Virus record (IMG/VR): IMGVR_UViG_3300020045_006384 | Location: 36,001 to 100,000 of that record | Direction: 5' to 3' (one strand) | Length of the DNA stretch: 64,000 nt | Source of the DNA: a virus | Position numbers and translations under genes: made by a program | The notes under the pieces: generated by a model | Database searches by the model: none | The model's input: only the letters and a program-made list of their open reading frames with translations | What the model was told of the DNA's origin: nothing | Part shown: one piece after another, positions 1 through 10,169 of the stretch | How positions within the stretch are numbered: the first letter of the stretch is position 1 | Layout: the number at the start of each line of letters is the position of its first letter

Positions 1-51
1 CATAGGAGCGCTGTAAGAGAGGTTTTTTAACTATTAAAATAAATTTAATTT

Positions 52-225
52 ATGAATGAATTAAACACTGTAACTTATCACTTTGCTGATGGTACAAAAC
101 AAGTAAGTGCTATTAATAATCAAGTACTTGTAAATGAAAAAGGTCGTGCAAGATCTGAAGAACAGATTAACGAAGTATTTAAAGATACTATGCATGATTT
201 AGGTGCAATATCTTTTGAATTGTAA
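52..225 (+). CDS. small hypothetical protein (57 aa; not in ORF track)
   Basis: ATG at 52 after an AT-rich leader, open to TAA at 223-225, abutting the next gene. Confidence 0.6.
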   Translation: MNELNTVTYHFADGTKQVSAINNQVLVNEKGRARSEEQINEVFKDTMHDLGAISFEL

Positions 226-230
226 AAATT

Positions 231-683
231 ATGGAACAAAATGTTTCATTCGACAAAAGTAACTATCAGTTTATTGTCGAAAATACTATATTAGAAGTTA
301 ATAAAGTATTAAACAATTGGAAAATAAATAATAAAAAAGATGACTATGATGATAGATTATCTTTATTTAGAACATATTTTTCAAAATTTTTTAAACAAAA
401 ATATGGATGGATAATGTATAATGAATACATTAGAAAAAACTATCCAGTATGTACTGTTTATGATCATAAATTAATTAATATTGATTTAAATTTAGATCCT
501 CACCAACTTCTTAGAAGTAAAATATCTAAAGATTTAGATGATTATATTAAAAATTACGATTTTATAAAATTTAATGACTTAAATCCATTAAAAGATATAA
601 CATTGCAATTTAAAGATTTTACAAATGTTAAAAATCTTAATAATGTAGTAGATTACAAAAAAATAGAACAAATAAAATTTTAA
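231..683 (+). CDS. hypothetical protein
   Basis: 150-aa ORF in the tightly packed + strand gene run. Confidence 0.7.
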   Translation: MEQNVSFDKSNYQFIVENTILEVNKVLNNWKINNKKDDYDDRLSLFRTYFSKFFKQKYGWIMYNEYIRKNYPVCTVYDHKLINIDLNLDPHQLLRSKISKDLDDYIKNYDFIKFNDLNPLKDITLQFKDFTNVKNLNNVVDYKKIEQIKF

Positions 684-694
684 AAAAAACTAAA

Positions 695-1150
695 ATGAGC
701 ACACAAGAACAAAACACAGAACAAGGTAAAGAAGCTAAAAAAGTATTAGAAGGATTTAACCAAACTGTAAAAAAATTAACAGCTATTGTTAAAGGAGAAG
801 ACAATTTAAAACCTGTTAAAAAAGTAGCATTATCAGGAACAGATGGTGATGAAACTTATGATTTAGTAAAAGAACTTTTTGCTGAAGAAAGTGCTGCAAC
901 TAAACAAGAAGTTAAAGAAGGTTTAAAAAATCTTTTAAAAGGTTATGTTACTCTTAATAATTCATTATCTGAAGAAAGAAAAAAACTTGATGCTTTAGAA
1001 GTTGCTAAGAAAAAAGAATTCAATCAAACTGCTGCAAAATTATTTGCTAAAATTGAAGGTGTTGATTCTTTAACTAAAGAATACTTTGGTGCATTTCAAG
1101 AAGCTGGTAAAGTTATTGTTGAAACTCCAGAAGAAGAAACTGAAGAATAG
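695..1150 (+). CDS. hypothetical coiled-coil protein
   Basis: 151-aa E/K-rich helical ORF with codon usage suggesting high expression. Confidence 0.75.
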   Translation: MSTQEQNTEQGKEAKKVLEGFNQTVKKLTAIVKGEDNLKPVKKVALSGTDGDETYDLVKELFAEESAATKQEVKEGLKNLLKGYVTLNNSLSEERKKLDALEVAKKKEFNQTAAKLFAKIEGVDSLTKEYFGAFQEAGKVIVETPEEETEE

Positions 1151-1320
1151 TGAAAACTTTCTTTGATATATTATTATATAGTTTATTAGTATTTGCAATA
1201 GTTTTATTACTTGGTCAAATATTACAAATTATATATATAATATTTACACCGTCTTCTAACTTATCAACAGAAGATTGTAAACGAAAAAATTATTGGGAAA
1301 AATTGTTTAAAAAAGATTAA
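1150..1320 (+). CDS. small membrane protein (56 aa; not in ORF track)
   Basis: GTG start overlapping the upstream TAG; MKTFFDILLYSLLVFAIVLLLGQILQIIYIIF is a TM-like stretch; TAA at 1318-1320. Confidence 0.55.
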   Translation: MKTFFDILLYSLLVFAIVLLLGQILQIIYIIFTPSSNLSTEDCKRKNYWEKLFKKD

Positions 1321-1366
1321 TTATATTATTCATTAGTTAAAGTATGAATCACTTTAAACTAAATAT

Positions 1367-3376
1367 ATGGATAAACAAAATTTTGTTTATGACCTAGAAA
1401 CATATCCTAATATGTTTCTAGGCGTATTCAAATCATTAAAAACAAAAGAATATAAGTATTTTGAAATAAGTGATAGAAAAAATGATATTAATGAACTAAG
1501 ATTATTTCTAAAAAATAATGTAAATGGTCTTATAGGTTTTAATAATATTAATTTTGATTATCCTGTATTACATAATACTATATTAAGCAACAATAAAAAT
1601 TGGACTTCTTATGAAATTTATGAAGAAGTTAAAAAAATTATTTCTAATAAATATTCTAGTATTTGGGAAAATCTAGTTAAAATACCACAATTAGATTTAT
1701 ATAAAATTTGGCATTATGATAATAAAAACAAATCTACATCATTAAAATGGTTAGAATTTGCAATGAGATTACCTAATGTTGAAGATTTACCATATGAAGT
1801 AGGTACTATACTTACTTCAGAACAAATGGATGATATAATTTCTTATTGTAATAATGATATTGATGCTACTGAAAAATTTTATAATAAATCTATAAAACAT
1901 ATTCAAATTAGACAATTCTATACAGAACATGAAGATATTAATCTTATAAATGATTCTGAAATTGGAATGTCTAAAAAGATATTTGGTAAGTACTTATCTA
2001 AAGAAATGAAAATTCCTTTTAAAGATTTAAAAACTTTAAGAACCTACAGAAAAAAAATTCATATTAATGATATTATATTTGATTATATTAAATTTAATGA
2101 TCAAATTAATAATGATACTTTAAAAAAATTTAAAGATTCTGTATGGGAATATAACTTAGATGAAGAAAAAGCTTTAAGTAGTATTAGTTTTTCTGTTCCT
2201 TATAAAAATGTTGTAAGAGAATATGCTGAAGGTGGTTTACATAGTTTTGGTAAAGCTGGTATATATGAATCTGATGATGAATATGTATTAGTTGATGTAG
2301 ATTTTGCTTCATATTATCCTCATATTTCTTTTAGAAATAAATTACATCCACAACACATTCCAGAACCAATTTTTAATAAAATATATGAAGGTTTTTATAC
2401 TGATAGAAAAAAATATAGTAAAAAAGATCCTCGTAATTATGTGTTAAAAATTATTCTTAATGGTAGTTATGGTTTATCTAAAGATAAGCATGCTTACTTG
2501 TATGACCCTAAATGGCAATTAGCAATTTGTATTAATGGTCAATTAATGTTAACTTTATTAACTGAAAGAATATTTGAAAAATGTAAAATAGAACCTAAAA
2601 TTATTTTTGAAAATACTGATGGTGCTATGTACAAAATTTATCGTTCTGATATGGAATTACTTAATCAAGCTTGTAAAGAAATTGAAGAAGTTGTTAATAT
2701 ACCTTTAGAAACACAAATATGTGAAAAAATAATTATTAGAGATGTTAACAATTATATAAATGTTGTTGATAAAAATAATATTAAATTTAAAGGTGTATTT
2801 GAAATTGATCGTGACTATCATAAAAATCATTCTAAAAGAATAGTTTCAATTGCTTTAGCAGAATATTTCATTAATGGATTAGATGTTGATAAATATATTA
2901 AAACATATTTAAAATCTAATTCAGTTGCAATAGTTAAAGAATGGAATTATAATGCTGAAGAACCTGATTTTTACGAACACAATGGCATCTATGATTTCTG
3001 CTTAGGAGCTAAAATGAAAGGTTCTAATAGATTAATTAGTAAAGAGTGGATAGATAACACATCTGTGCATAAAAAGTTGCCTAAAATGACACGTTATTAC
3101 GTATCTAATAAAGGTGTAGAACTTATTAAAACATTAGCACCATTAGAAAAAAACTTTTTAACTGAAACTGATAAATATAAACTTAAAGTTGATGCAAATC
3201 AAATGAATATATTTGATGTAGTTGAAGATATAAAAGTTGATCCAACAGATAGAGAAGAAAATCTAGAATCTGGATATAAATGTACAGTTTTTAATAAATA
3301 TATTGACGATAATTATGATTTAAATTATGATTATTATATTAATGAATGTAATAAAATTATTAACTTAATAAAATAA
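1367..3376 (+). CDS. polB: DNA polymerase, family B, with 3'-5' exonuclease domain
   Basis: Exo motifs YDLET, GFNNINFDYP, YCNNDI; polymerase motifs DFASYYP, KIILNGSYG, NTDG. Confidence 0.93.
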   Translation: MDKQNFVYDLETYPNMFLGVFKSLKTKEYKYFEISDRKNDINELRLFLKNNVNGLIGFNNINFDYPVLHNTILSNNKNWTSYEIYEEVKKIISNKYSSIWENLVKIPQLDLYKIWHYDNKNKSTSLKWLEFAMRLPNVEDLPYEVGTILTSEQMDDIISYCNNDIDATEKFYNKSIKHIQIRQFYTEHEDINLINDSEIGMSKKIFGKYLSKEMKIPFKDLKTLRTYRKKIHINDIIFDYIKFNDQINNDTLKKFKDSVWEYNLDEEKALSSISFSVPYKNVVREYAEGGLHSFGKAGIYESDDEYVLVDVDFASYYPHISFRNKLHPQHIPEPIFNKIYEGFYTDRKKYSKKDPRNYVLKIILNGSYGLSKDKHAYLYDPKWQLAICINGQLMLTLLTERIFEKCKIEPKIIFENTDGAMYKIYRSDMELLNQACKEIEEVVNIPLETQICEKIIIRDVNNYINVVDKNNIKFKGVFEIDRDYHKNHSKRIVSIALAEYFINGLDVDKYIKTYLKSNSVAIVKEWNYNAEEPDFYEHNGIYDFCLGAKMKGSNRLISKEWIDNTSVHKKLPKMTRYYVSNKGVELIKTLAPLEKNFLTETDKYKLKVDANQMNIFDVVEDIKVDPTDREENLESGYKCTVFNKYIDDNYDLNYDYYINECNKIINLIK

Positions 3377-3377
3377 A

Positions 3378-3617
3378 ATGTCAAAACCATATTCTGAATT
3401 AGCAATGGCTGTAGATCTAATTAAAAATGAATATAATGTAGATAATCCTATTATCATATCAGAATTGATATATAATGATTTAGGAATATGTACAAGTATT
3501 CATGCAATTAGTGATTATTTAGAAATTAAAGAACAAGAACTTAAAAAAAATAAAAATTATGAATCCAATGTTAAAAGTGGATTTCTACAAACCACATCAT
3601 CAGGACATGTATCCTGA
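3378..3617 (+). CDS. hypothetical protein
   Basis: 79-aa ORF starting right after the polB stop; its 3' end overlaps the next gene. Confidence 0.55.
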   Translation: MSKPYSELAMAVDLIKNEYNVDNPIIISELIYNDLGICTSIHAISDYLEIKEQELKKNKNYESNVKSGFLQTTSSGHVS

Positions 3618-5238
3618 GAATATGACTAAATTATATTCAAATGGTACTTGTAGAAAAAGTAGATTATCTGGAATTGACAACGTTGTTGTATTTGGTATGC
3701 AACATTTTATATTAGAATATCTTATTAAAGATTTTAATGAAAATTTCTTTGGAAATCAATATAGACTGAATTATGACGGAACTGTTCTTAATTTTAGTAA
3801 AGGTCATCCTTTTGTAAAAATACAATCTGATTTTAAATCTAAAATTATTAATGAATATAAACGTCATATTCCAATTAATACAAAACGCATTGAAGCTTTA
3901 TGGGATTTAGGTTATTTACCTATTAAAATTAAATCTTTAGATGAAGGTACTTTATGTCCAATTGGTGTACCAATGTTTACAATAACTAATACACATCCAG
4001 ATTTTGCTTGGTTGGTTAATTATTTAGAAACTTTAATTAGCACATGTTTATGGCAACCTTATACATCTGCAACAATTGCTTATGAATTTAAAAAAATACT
4101 TAACAAATATGCTATTGAAACTACAGGTTCAACTGAAGGAGTTCAATGGCAAGGACATGATTTTAGTATGCGTGGAATGTCTTCTGTGGAGTCTGCTATT
4201 TTATCAGGTATGGGACATCTTACGAGTTTTACTGGTACTGATGTTATCCCTGCTATTTATCAGTTGGAAACTTCTTATAGAGCAGAGGGACTTATTGGAG
4301 CAAGCGTTCCTGCTACTGAACATTCTGTTATGTGTATGGGTCAAAAAGAAGCTGAAATAGATACGTTTAAAAGATTACTAAAATCATATCCAACTGGTAT
4401 ATTATCTGTTGTATCTGATACTTGGGATTTATGGAAAGTTTGTACTGAATATTTACCTCAACTAAAAGAAGAAATTCTTGCAAGAAATGGTAAATTAGTT
4501 ATTAGACCTGATTCAGGTGATCCTGTTGATATTATTTGTGGAGAATTAGATATTCAAACTCCTAAACCTAATGAAATTACAATAGAATTTGTAAATAAAT
4601 TTAGAAATAATCATATTAAAGAAATTGAAAAAAATGGATATTGTGATACAGCTTTTGGATGGAGAATAACTAAAGATAGTTATTTAAAAAAACCAAAAGA
4701 TGCTGGAGTAATTGAACTTCTTTGGGATGTATTTGGTGGTACTGTAAATGAACAAGGTTATAAAGTGTTAGATTCTCATATTGGAGCAATCTATGGTGAT
4801 TCAATTACTATGGAAAAAGCTACTCAAATTTGTGAAAGACTTAAAGCTAAAGGATTTGCAAGTACTAATGTAGTATTTGGTATTGGTTCTTTTACTTATC
4901 AGTATAATACTAGAGATACATTTGGTTTTGCTATGAAAGCTACTTATGGTGAGATTACTCATAAAAACATAGGTAGAGGATTACATGATAAAACTACTGT
5001 AGAAGCTAGAGAAATCTTTAAAGATCCTATAACTGATGACGGTACTAAACGTTCTAAAAAAGGTTTATTATCTGTTGGTTCAGCAGGTGGAGATGCAGGT
5101 TCTGAAATTGTTTGTGAAGATCAACAAACTTGGAAACAAGAATCTGAAGGTTTACTTACAACTGTATTTAAAAATGGTAAACTTGTAAAAGAAACTACTT
5201 TAGAACAAATTCGTGAACGTATAAATTCTACATTATGA
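3559..5238 (+). CDS. nicotinamide phosphoribosyltransferase-family protein (probable NARP1 Namat)
   Basis: Motifs DFYKPHH, HDFSMRG, SVPATEHSVM, SVVSDTWD, VIRPDSGDP, IYGDSIT, FGIGSFTYQ. Confidence 0.92.
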   Translation: MNPMLKVDFYKPHHQDMYPENMTKLYSNGTCRKSRLSGIDNVVVFGMQHFILEYLIKDFNENFFGNQYRLNYDGTVLNFSKGHPFVKIQSDFKSKIINEYKRHIPINTKRIEALWDLGYLPIKIKSLDEGTLCPIGVPMFTITNTHPDFAWLVNYLETLISTCLWQPYTSATIAYEFKKILNKYAIETTGSTEGVQWQGHDFSMRGMSSVESAILSGMGHLTSFTGTDVIPAIYQLETSYRAEGLIGASVPATEHSVMCMGQKEAEIDTFKRLLKSYPTGILSVVSDTWDLWKVCTEYLPQLKEEILARNGKLVIRPDSGDPVDIICGELDIQTPKPNEITIEFVNKFRNNHIKEIEKNGYCDTAFGWRITKDSYLKKPKDAGVIELLWDVFGGTVNEQGYKVLDSHIGAIYGDSITMEKATQICERLKAKGFASTNVVFGIGSFTYQYNTRDTFGFAMKATYGEITHKNIGRGLHDKTTVEAREIFKDPITDDGTKRSKKGLLSVGSAGGDAGSEIVCEDQQTWKQESEGLLTTVFKNGKLVKETTLEQIRERINSTL

Positions 5239-6170
5239 AAATATTAAATTTAGTAGATTTAGAAAAATCTGAAATTAAATATGAAATTTCTAGATTTCCA
5301 GATGGTCAACAACAAGTTAAAATATTAGGTGAAACTTCAGTCAGTTATAAACCTGTAATTTCACATGGTACATTTTTAAAAGGTGTACAAATTAAAGCAC
5401 GTTTAAATAATTTTAAAGATCTAGAATTAATTATTTGTGCAACTAAATCATTACGTGAATTAGGAGTTAAACAAATTCATCTTTATACACCATTCTTTTT
5501 AGGAAGTAGAAGTGATAGAAAATTTGAAGAAGGTTCTAATAATTATCTTAAAGATATTATTTGTCCTATTATTAATTCATTAAATTTTGAATCTATAACA
5601 GTTTTAGACCCACATTCTAATGTATTAGAAGCTTGTTTAAATAATTTTAAAAAAGTTGACAATTTAAAATTAGTAGATTTTTTTATAAAAGATTATACTA
5701 AATTATCAAGATTTAGTGATTATTTTAATAAAGAAGATTTAAACAAATTTATTATCATTTCTCCAGATGCAGGTGCAAATAAAAAAATCTTTAAAATAGC
5801 TGAACAAATTAGTTATAAAGGAGATATTATTACTTGTACTAAATCTAGAGATGAAAATGGTAAATTAAGTCATATTAAAGTACCTTATGATGAATCATTA
5901 GGAACTACAAATAAAGATTTAATTATTATAGATGATATTTGTGATGGTGGAGCAACATTTATTAATATTGTTAAAGCCATTCAAGAATCTGAAATGTTCT
6001 ATGGTAAAATATATCTTATTGTAACTCACGGAATCTTTTCTAAAGGTTTTAATGAATTATCTAAATATTTTGATGGTGTTTATTGTACTAATAGTTATCA
6101 ATCTATAATAGTTGATTTAGATAAAGATAAATGGATATCAAATAATGTAAAACAATTAAATGTATTCTAA
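5235..6170 (+). CDS. ribose-phosphate pyrophosphokinase-family protein (probable NARP1 Adps)
   Basis: Motifs FPDGQ, SRSDRKF, LDPHS, SPDAGA, PRT motif IIDDICDGGATF, VTHGIFS; overlaps the NAMPT-like gene by 4 nt. Confidence 0.92.
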   Translation: MKILNLVDLEKSEIKYEISRFPDGQQQVKILGETSVSYKPVISHGTFLKGVQIKARLNNFKDLELIICATKSLRELGVKQIHLYTPFFLGSRSDRKFEEGSNNYLKDIICPIINSLNFESITVLDPHSNVLEACLNNFKKVDNLKLVDFFIKDYTKLSRFSDYFNKEDLNKFIIISPDAGANKKIFKIAEQISYKGDIITCTKSRDENGKLSHIKVPYDESLGTTNKDLIIIDDICDGGATFINIVKAIQESEMFYGKIYLIVTHGIFSKGFNELSKYFDGVYCTNSYQSIIVDLDKDKWISNNVKQLNVF

Positions 6171-6583
6171 TGGATGAATATTTAATAGAAAACTCCTCAT
6201 ATAAAAGATTGTATGAGGAGTATAAAAAATATGGTAGTTTAGTTGTTGGATTTGATTTTGATAATACTGTTTATGATTATCACAAAACTGGTAAATCATA
6301 TGAAATGGTTAGACAATTACTTCGAGATTTAGTATCAATTGGTTGTAAAACAATTTGTTGGACAGCTCAAAAAGATATTGATTTTGTTGCTAATTTCTTA
6401 GATAAAAATGATATACCATATAATGGTATTAATTCAAATGGTATTAAATTAGATTGGGAATCCCGTAAACCATTTTTTAGTGCTTTACTAGATGATAGAG
6501 CTGGTTTATTACAAGTGTATAAAGATTTAAATTATTTAGTAAAAATAATAAAAAATGAAAATAAAACAAACGTGGTTGTATAA
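6170..6583 (+). CDS. HAD-superfamily hydrolase
   Basis: Motif I GFDFDNT, motif II WTA, K..LLDDRA. Confidence 0.8.
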   Translation: MDEYLIENSSYKRLYEEYKKYGSLVVGFDFDNTVYDYHKTGKSYEMVRQLLRDLVSIGCKTICWTAQKDIDFVANFLDKNDIPYNGINSNGIKLDWESRKPFFSALLDDRAGLLQVYKDLNYLVKIIKNENKTNVVV

Positions 6584-7277
6584 AAAATTACAAAAATTTC
6601 AAAACCAACCAATAATAGCTATTGATGATTTAAATCACTGCGGTACAATATTAGTATTATTAAATATGATATTAGTACCTATTATTGCAATGGGTGTAAC
6701 AATACTTGTAATTTTATTAGGTACAGTATCATTACCTTTTTATATTATAAAAGATTTATATGATTGGTATATTCGTGCAAATTATGAAAAAATTGCACTT
6801 AAAAAATTTTTAAAAGAACAAAAAGAAAAAGAAACCATATTAAATAATGTTGAATTAGCATTAAATAAATACGGTGATTCTTTATTAAAAAAACATGGAA
6901 CATATCATCTATTAGTGCATAATAATGATATTGCATTATATGGATTTTTATTAAAATTTTTTAAAGAATATAATGATGTGTATAAAACATATAATAAAAG
7001 TAATAAAATTGTATGTAATACAGGTAAAAGACGTAGTTTAGGTGATTTATATTTGATATGTAAAAATTATTTTCCTAATTGTACTACTTATCAAGTATTT
7101 AAAGAATTAATTAAATTATCTAACAATAATAAAATTAGTTATTCTAGATGTTCTACTATTAATAAATATGTATTCTATGAAAATATATATAATCATAATG
7201 ATAGTAGTTCAAATTCTCATGTTGAATATTTTGATTCTAAAATTATGTTTTATGAATTATTAAAAAATTTAAAATAA
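6555..7277 (+). CDS. membrane-anchored hypothetical protein (C-terminal domain paralogous to 9745-10161)
   Basis: N-terminal hydrophobic segment; C..RRSLGDLY..C..INK motif. Confidence 0.7.
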   Translation: MKIKQTWLYKKLQKFQNQPIIAIDDLNHCGTILVLLNMILVPIIAMGVTILVILLGTVSLPFYIIKDLYDWYIRANYEKIALKKFLKEQKEKETILNNVELALNKYGDSLLKKHGTYHLLVHNNDIALYGFLLKFFKEYNDVYKTYNKSNKIVCNTGKRRSLGDLYLICKNYFPNCTTYQVFKELIKLSNNNKISYSRCSTINKYVFYENIYNHNDSSSNSHVEYFDSKIMFYELLKNLK

Positions 7278-7462
7278 TGATTGAAGAAGAATGTCCAAAA
7301 TGTTTAGGTCAAATTAAAACAATGGAAGCAAATGAATCTGTTGGTTTTAAATATAAAACTTGTACATTATGTAGAGGTAAAGGTACTGTTCCAAAAGAAT
7401 TAGCTGATGATTATATATTTTCATTAAATGAAAATAATTTTGAAACTAATGATGATTGGTAA
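7277..7462 (+). CDS. small zinc-finger protein (DnaJ-like CxxCxG repeats)
   Basis: CPKCLG and CTLCRGKG. Confidence 0.7.
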   Translation: MIEEECPKCLGQIKTMEANESVGFKYKTCTLCRGKGTVPKELADDYIFSLNENNFETNDDW

Positions 7463-7947
7463 TGAGTTTAGTTAGATATTATTCAGATCCACATTTTCAT
7501 CATCATAATATGGCTGTTAAACGTGGTTTTAATAATGCTGATGAAATGAATGAACATATTATATTAGAATGGAATAAAATTGTATCTAAAAAAGATGTAA
7601 CTTGGTTACTAGGTGATATAACTATGGAAAAAAATAATTATGAAATACTTAATAGACTTAATGGAATTAAAAAAGTTATATTAGGAAATCATGATGAACC
7701 TCAACATGTACCATATTTATTACAATATGTTAATAAAGTTTGTGCTGTACAATATGTTAAAAACAAAGAATTTGGTAATTTAATATTTACACATATTCCA
7801 ATACATCCACAAGAACTTGAGTATAGATTTAATATTAATATTCATGGTCATGTGCATGAAAATACTTTACCAGACAAACGTTATATTAATGTATCTGCAG
7901 AAGTAATAGATTATAAACCAAAATTATTAAGTGAATTAATTAAATAA
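7456..7947 (+). CDS. calcineurin-like metallophosphoesterase
   Basis: SDPHF, LGD, GNHD, THIP, HGHVH motifs. Confidence 0.9.
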   Translation: MVMSLVRYYSDPHFHHHNMAVKRGFNNADEMNEHIILEWNKIVSKKDVTWLLGDITMEKNNYEILNRLNGIKKVILGNHDEPQHVPYLLQYVNKVCAVQYVKNKEFGNLIFTHIPIHPQELEYRFNINIHGHVHENTLPDKRYINVSAEVIDYKPKLLSELIK

Positions 7948-7950
7948 AAA

Positions 7951-8346
7951 ATGGAAAAAAGAAATATTTTAATAGCAGTGTATGGTACACTTCGTAAAGA
8001 AAATGGTAATCATAGATTAATTGAAAACGCAGATTATAAAGGTACTTATACAACAGAGCCAATTTATAATTTGTATTCATTAGGTGGCTTCCCTGGACTT
8101 AAAGAAGGTGGTAAAACAGCTGTTGTATTAGAAGTATACGCTGTTAATAAAGAAGAAGCTCGTAGAGTAGATGGTTTAGAAGGATACTATCCTGGAGAAA
8201 CTCCTACATTCTATGATAAAATTCAAATTGAAACTCCTTGGGGTAAAGCAGATGTTTATACTTATGTTCGTCAACCTCATGAATCAAGTTTGATTGAATC
8301 TGGTGATTGGATGAATCGTACTAAAAAAATTGTAGAAGAAGTATAA
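7951..8346 (+). CDS. gamma-glutamylcyclotransferase (AIG2-like)
   Basis: VYGTLR, FPGL, EVY, DGLEGY, SGDW. Confidence 0.9.
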   Translation: MEKRNILIAVYGTLRKENGNHRLIENADYKGTYTTEPIYNLYSLGGFPGLKEGGKTAVVLEVYAVNKEEARRVDGLEGYYPGETPTFYDKIQIETPWGKADVYTYVRQPHESSLIESGDWMNRTKKIVEEV

Positions 8347-8348
8347 TT

Positions 8349-8555
8349 ATGGAAAAAATATTTTTAGAATTTTTAAATATATATTTCTGGGTTTTTATAT
8401 CTGTAATGGCATCTAAAATGATTGGAATTAATACTACTATGAAAGAGTTTAAAGAAAATAAAAAAAATGCTCTTAAAAATGGAACATATAATTTTAGTTC
8501 GAGTGGTGCAATTATTATGATTAGTTTATTTGTTTTATCAATTATATTAACGTAA
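8349..8555 (+). CDS. small two-TM membrane protein
   Basis: Two hydrophobic stretches in 68 aa. Confidence 0.6.
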   Translation: MEKIFLEFLNIYFWVFISVMASKMIGINTTMKEFKENKKNALKNGTYNFSSSGAIIMISLFVLSIILT

Positions 8556-8556
8556 T

Positions 8557-9141
8557 ATGAAAAATCAAGCTTTTATATTAGATTTTAATTTATTAAAAGA
8601 ACATGATATATCTGCTGAAGAATTTTTAGCTTTAATTTATCTAAATAATAATGGTGGTACAACTAAAGAAATGCTAATTGATTTAGAAGAAAAACAACTT
8701 ATTAAATTAGAAAATTTAGATTTTATAATTAGAGAAAAAGGTAAATTATTATTAGAACTTACTTCAGTAGAAAGTATTGGTTCAATAAAGAATAAAACTA
8801 AAATTAAAAAGTCATCGAGAGCTATACAATTAGAACTCGATGATTTTATTAAAGAATTTAGACAATTATGGAAAGGTTTAAAACCTGGAAGTATGGGTTC
8901 AGAAAAAGCTTGTAGTGATAAAATGTATAAATGGATGCAAGATAATCCTTCTTATAATAAAGAAGATATATTAAAAGCAGCTAAATTATATATTAGATCT
9001 TTAGATAATTTAAATTATTTACAACAAGCTGATTATTTTATTTATAAAAAAGATGCACATGGAGAATCTAGTAGATTATCTGCATTTATAGATGAAATTG
9101 ATAATAAACCAGTTGATGACTGGACTACAAAATTAAACTAA
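8557..9141 (+). CDS. hypothetical protein, possible winged-helix replication protein
   Basis: N-terminal wHTH-like pattern; located in the replication module. Confidence 0.55.
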   Translation: MKNQAFILDFNLLKEHDISAEEFLALIYLNNNGGTTKEMLIDLEEKQLIKLENLDFIIREKGKLLLELTSVESIGSIKNKTKIKKSSRAIQLELDDFIKEFRQLWKGLKPGSMGSEKACSDKMYKWMQDNPSYNKEDILKAAKLYIRSLDNLNYLQQADYFIYKKDAHGESSRLSAFIDEIDNKPVDDWTTKLN

Positions 9142-9145
9142 AAAA

Positions 9146-9748
9146 ATGAATACATTTGAAGTAAAAGATATAATAGAAGGTAAAAAATCATTAGGTGATT
9201 GTTGTAAAATTAATATGGAACGATATTCTACAATATATTATTACAGTAATGCAACTAATTGTAAATTATGTACATTTGAATATTTAGGTCAAATTTTTAG
9301 AACTTCTAATGAAGGAGTAATTAAAAATTTTCATAAAATATTAATGAGAACAGGTAATAAAATGTTTTTTACGCATGTTACTGATGAAAATACTGTAAAA
9401 AATATTAGTAAACATTATAAATTAATATATTGTCAACAAGTGCCATTAGGTTATGGTTCAGGAATGCAATATCATTGTGCTTTTTTAATTAATCCAAAAG
9501 ATCCTGTTTATGGTAAAAGAGTAGATGATAAAAATAAATATGATGATATTACAAAATCATTTAGTTCTATATATAATCAAAATGTTGATTTATTAAAACA
9601 AAACGTTCAAAAAGTAATTGTAGAAGATACTAATGTAATTGAACAATTTATTATAAAAGCTTCAAATGAAGAAATTAATAAATTACGTTCATACAAACAA
9701 CCTAAAAGAAAAAAAGATTTAATTACAAAAATAAATAATAAAGTATGA
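9146..9748 (+). CDS. hypothetical protein
   Basis: 200-aa ORF in the gene run. Confidence 0.7.
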   Translation: MNTFEVKDIIEGKKSLGDCCKINMERYSTIYYYSNATNCKLCTFEYLGQIFRTSNEGVIKNFHKILMRTGNKMFFTHVTDENTVKNISKHYKLIYCQQVPLGYGSGMQYHCAFLINPKDPVYGKRVDDKNKYDDITKSFSSIYNQNVDLLKQNVQKVIVEDTNVIEQFIIKASNEEINKLRSYKQPKRKKDLITKINNKV

Positions 9749-10161
9749 ATTTGATTTATGTAAAAGAAACTGATATTCCTGTATATAAAACACGTAAACC
9801 TTTTATAAGATCTATTTTAAAAGCAAAAGGTGTTATTACATACAGTAATAAAGAATGTACAATTGTTCAATGTGATAGAAAATCAGCTTATAGAAGTATA
9901 AGTGAATTACATTTAATGGTTAAAGCAAGATATAAATTTACATCACTACAAGCTATTCTAAAAATATTAAAAGAAATTGTAGATGAAGATAAATGTATAT
10001 CTATTGTTTGGTGTACACAAATTAATAAAGTAGTAGTTAAATATATGGAAGGAGTTCCAGGTAAATATATCACTACATATAGTAGAGATAGATACTACAG
10101 ATCAAAAGGTGTTGACGGATATAGTCTAGAAGACTATGAAAAAATTATGAATACTATTTAA
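9745..10161 (+). CDS. hypothetical protein (paralog of the 6555-7277 C-terminal domain)
   Basis: QC..RSISEL..WCTQINK motif. Confidence 0.7.
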   Translation: MNLIYVKETDIPVYKTRKPFIRSILKAKGVITYSNKECTIVQCDRKSAYRSISELHLMVKARYKFTSLQAILKILKEIVDEDKCISIVWCTQINKVVVKYMEGVPGKYITTYSRDRYYRSKGVDGYSLEDYEKIMNTI

Positions 10162-10169
10162 TATAAAGT

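Noticed and set aside
1367-3376. Intein or intron in polB
   Set aside because: Continuous ORF with normal motif spacing and no splicing motifs
4076-4360. Alternative-frame and antisense ORFs in the track (e.g. 4076-4360, 9888-10073, 12005-12280, 15810-16229, 22973-23248, 38928-39191, 56754-56972)
   Set aside because: Nested within well-supported genes, no recognisable motifs, composition typical of shadow frames
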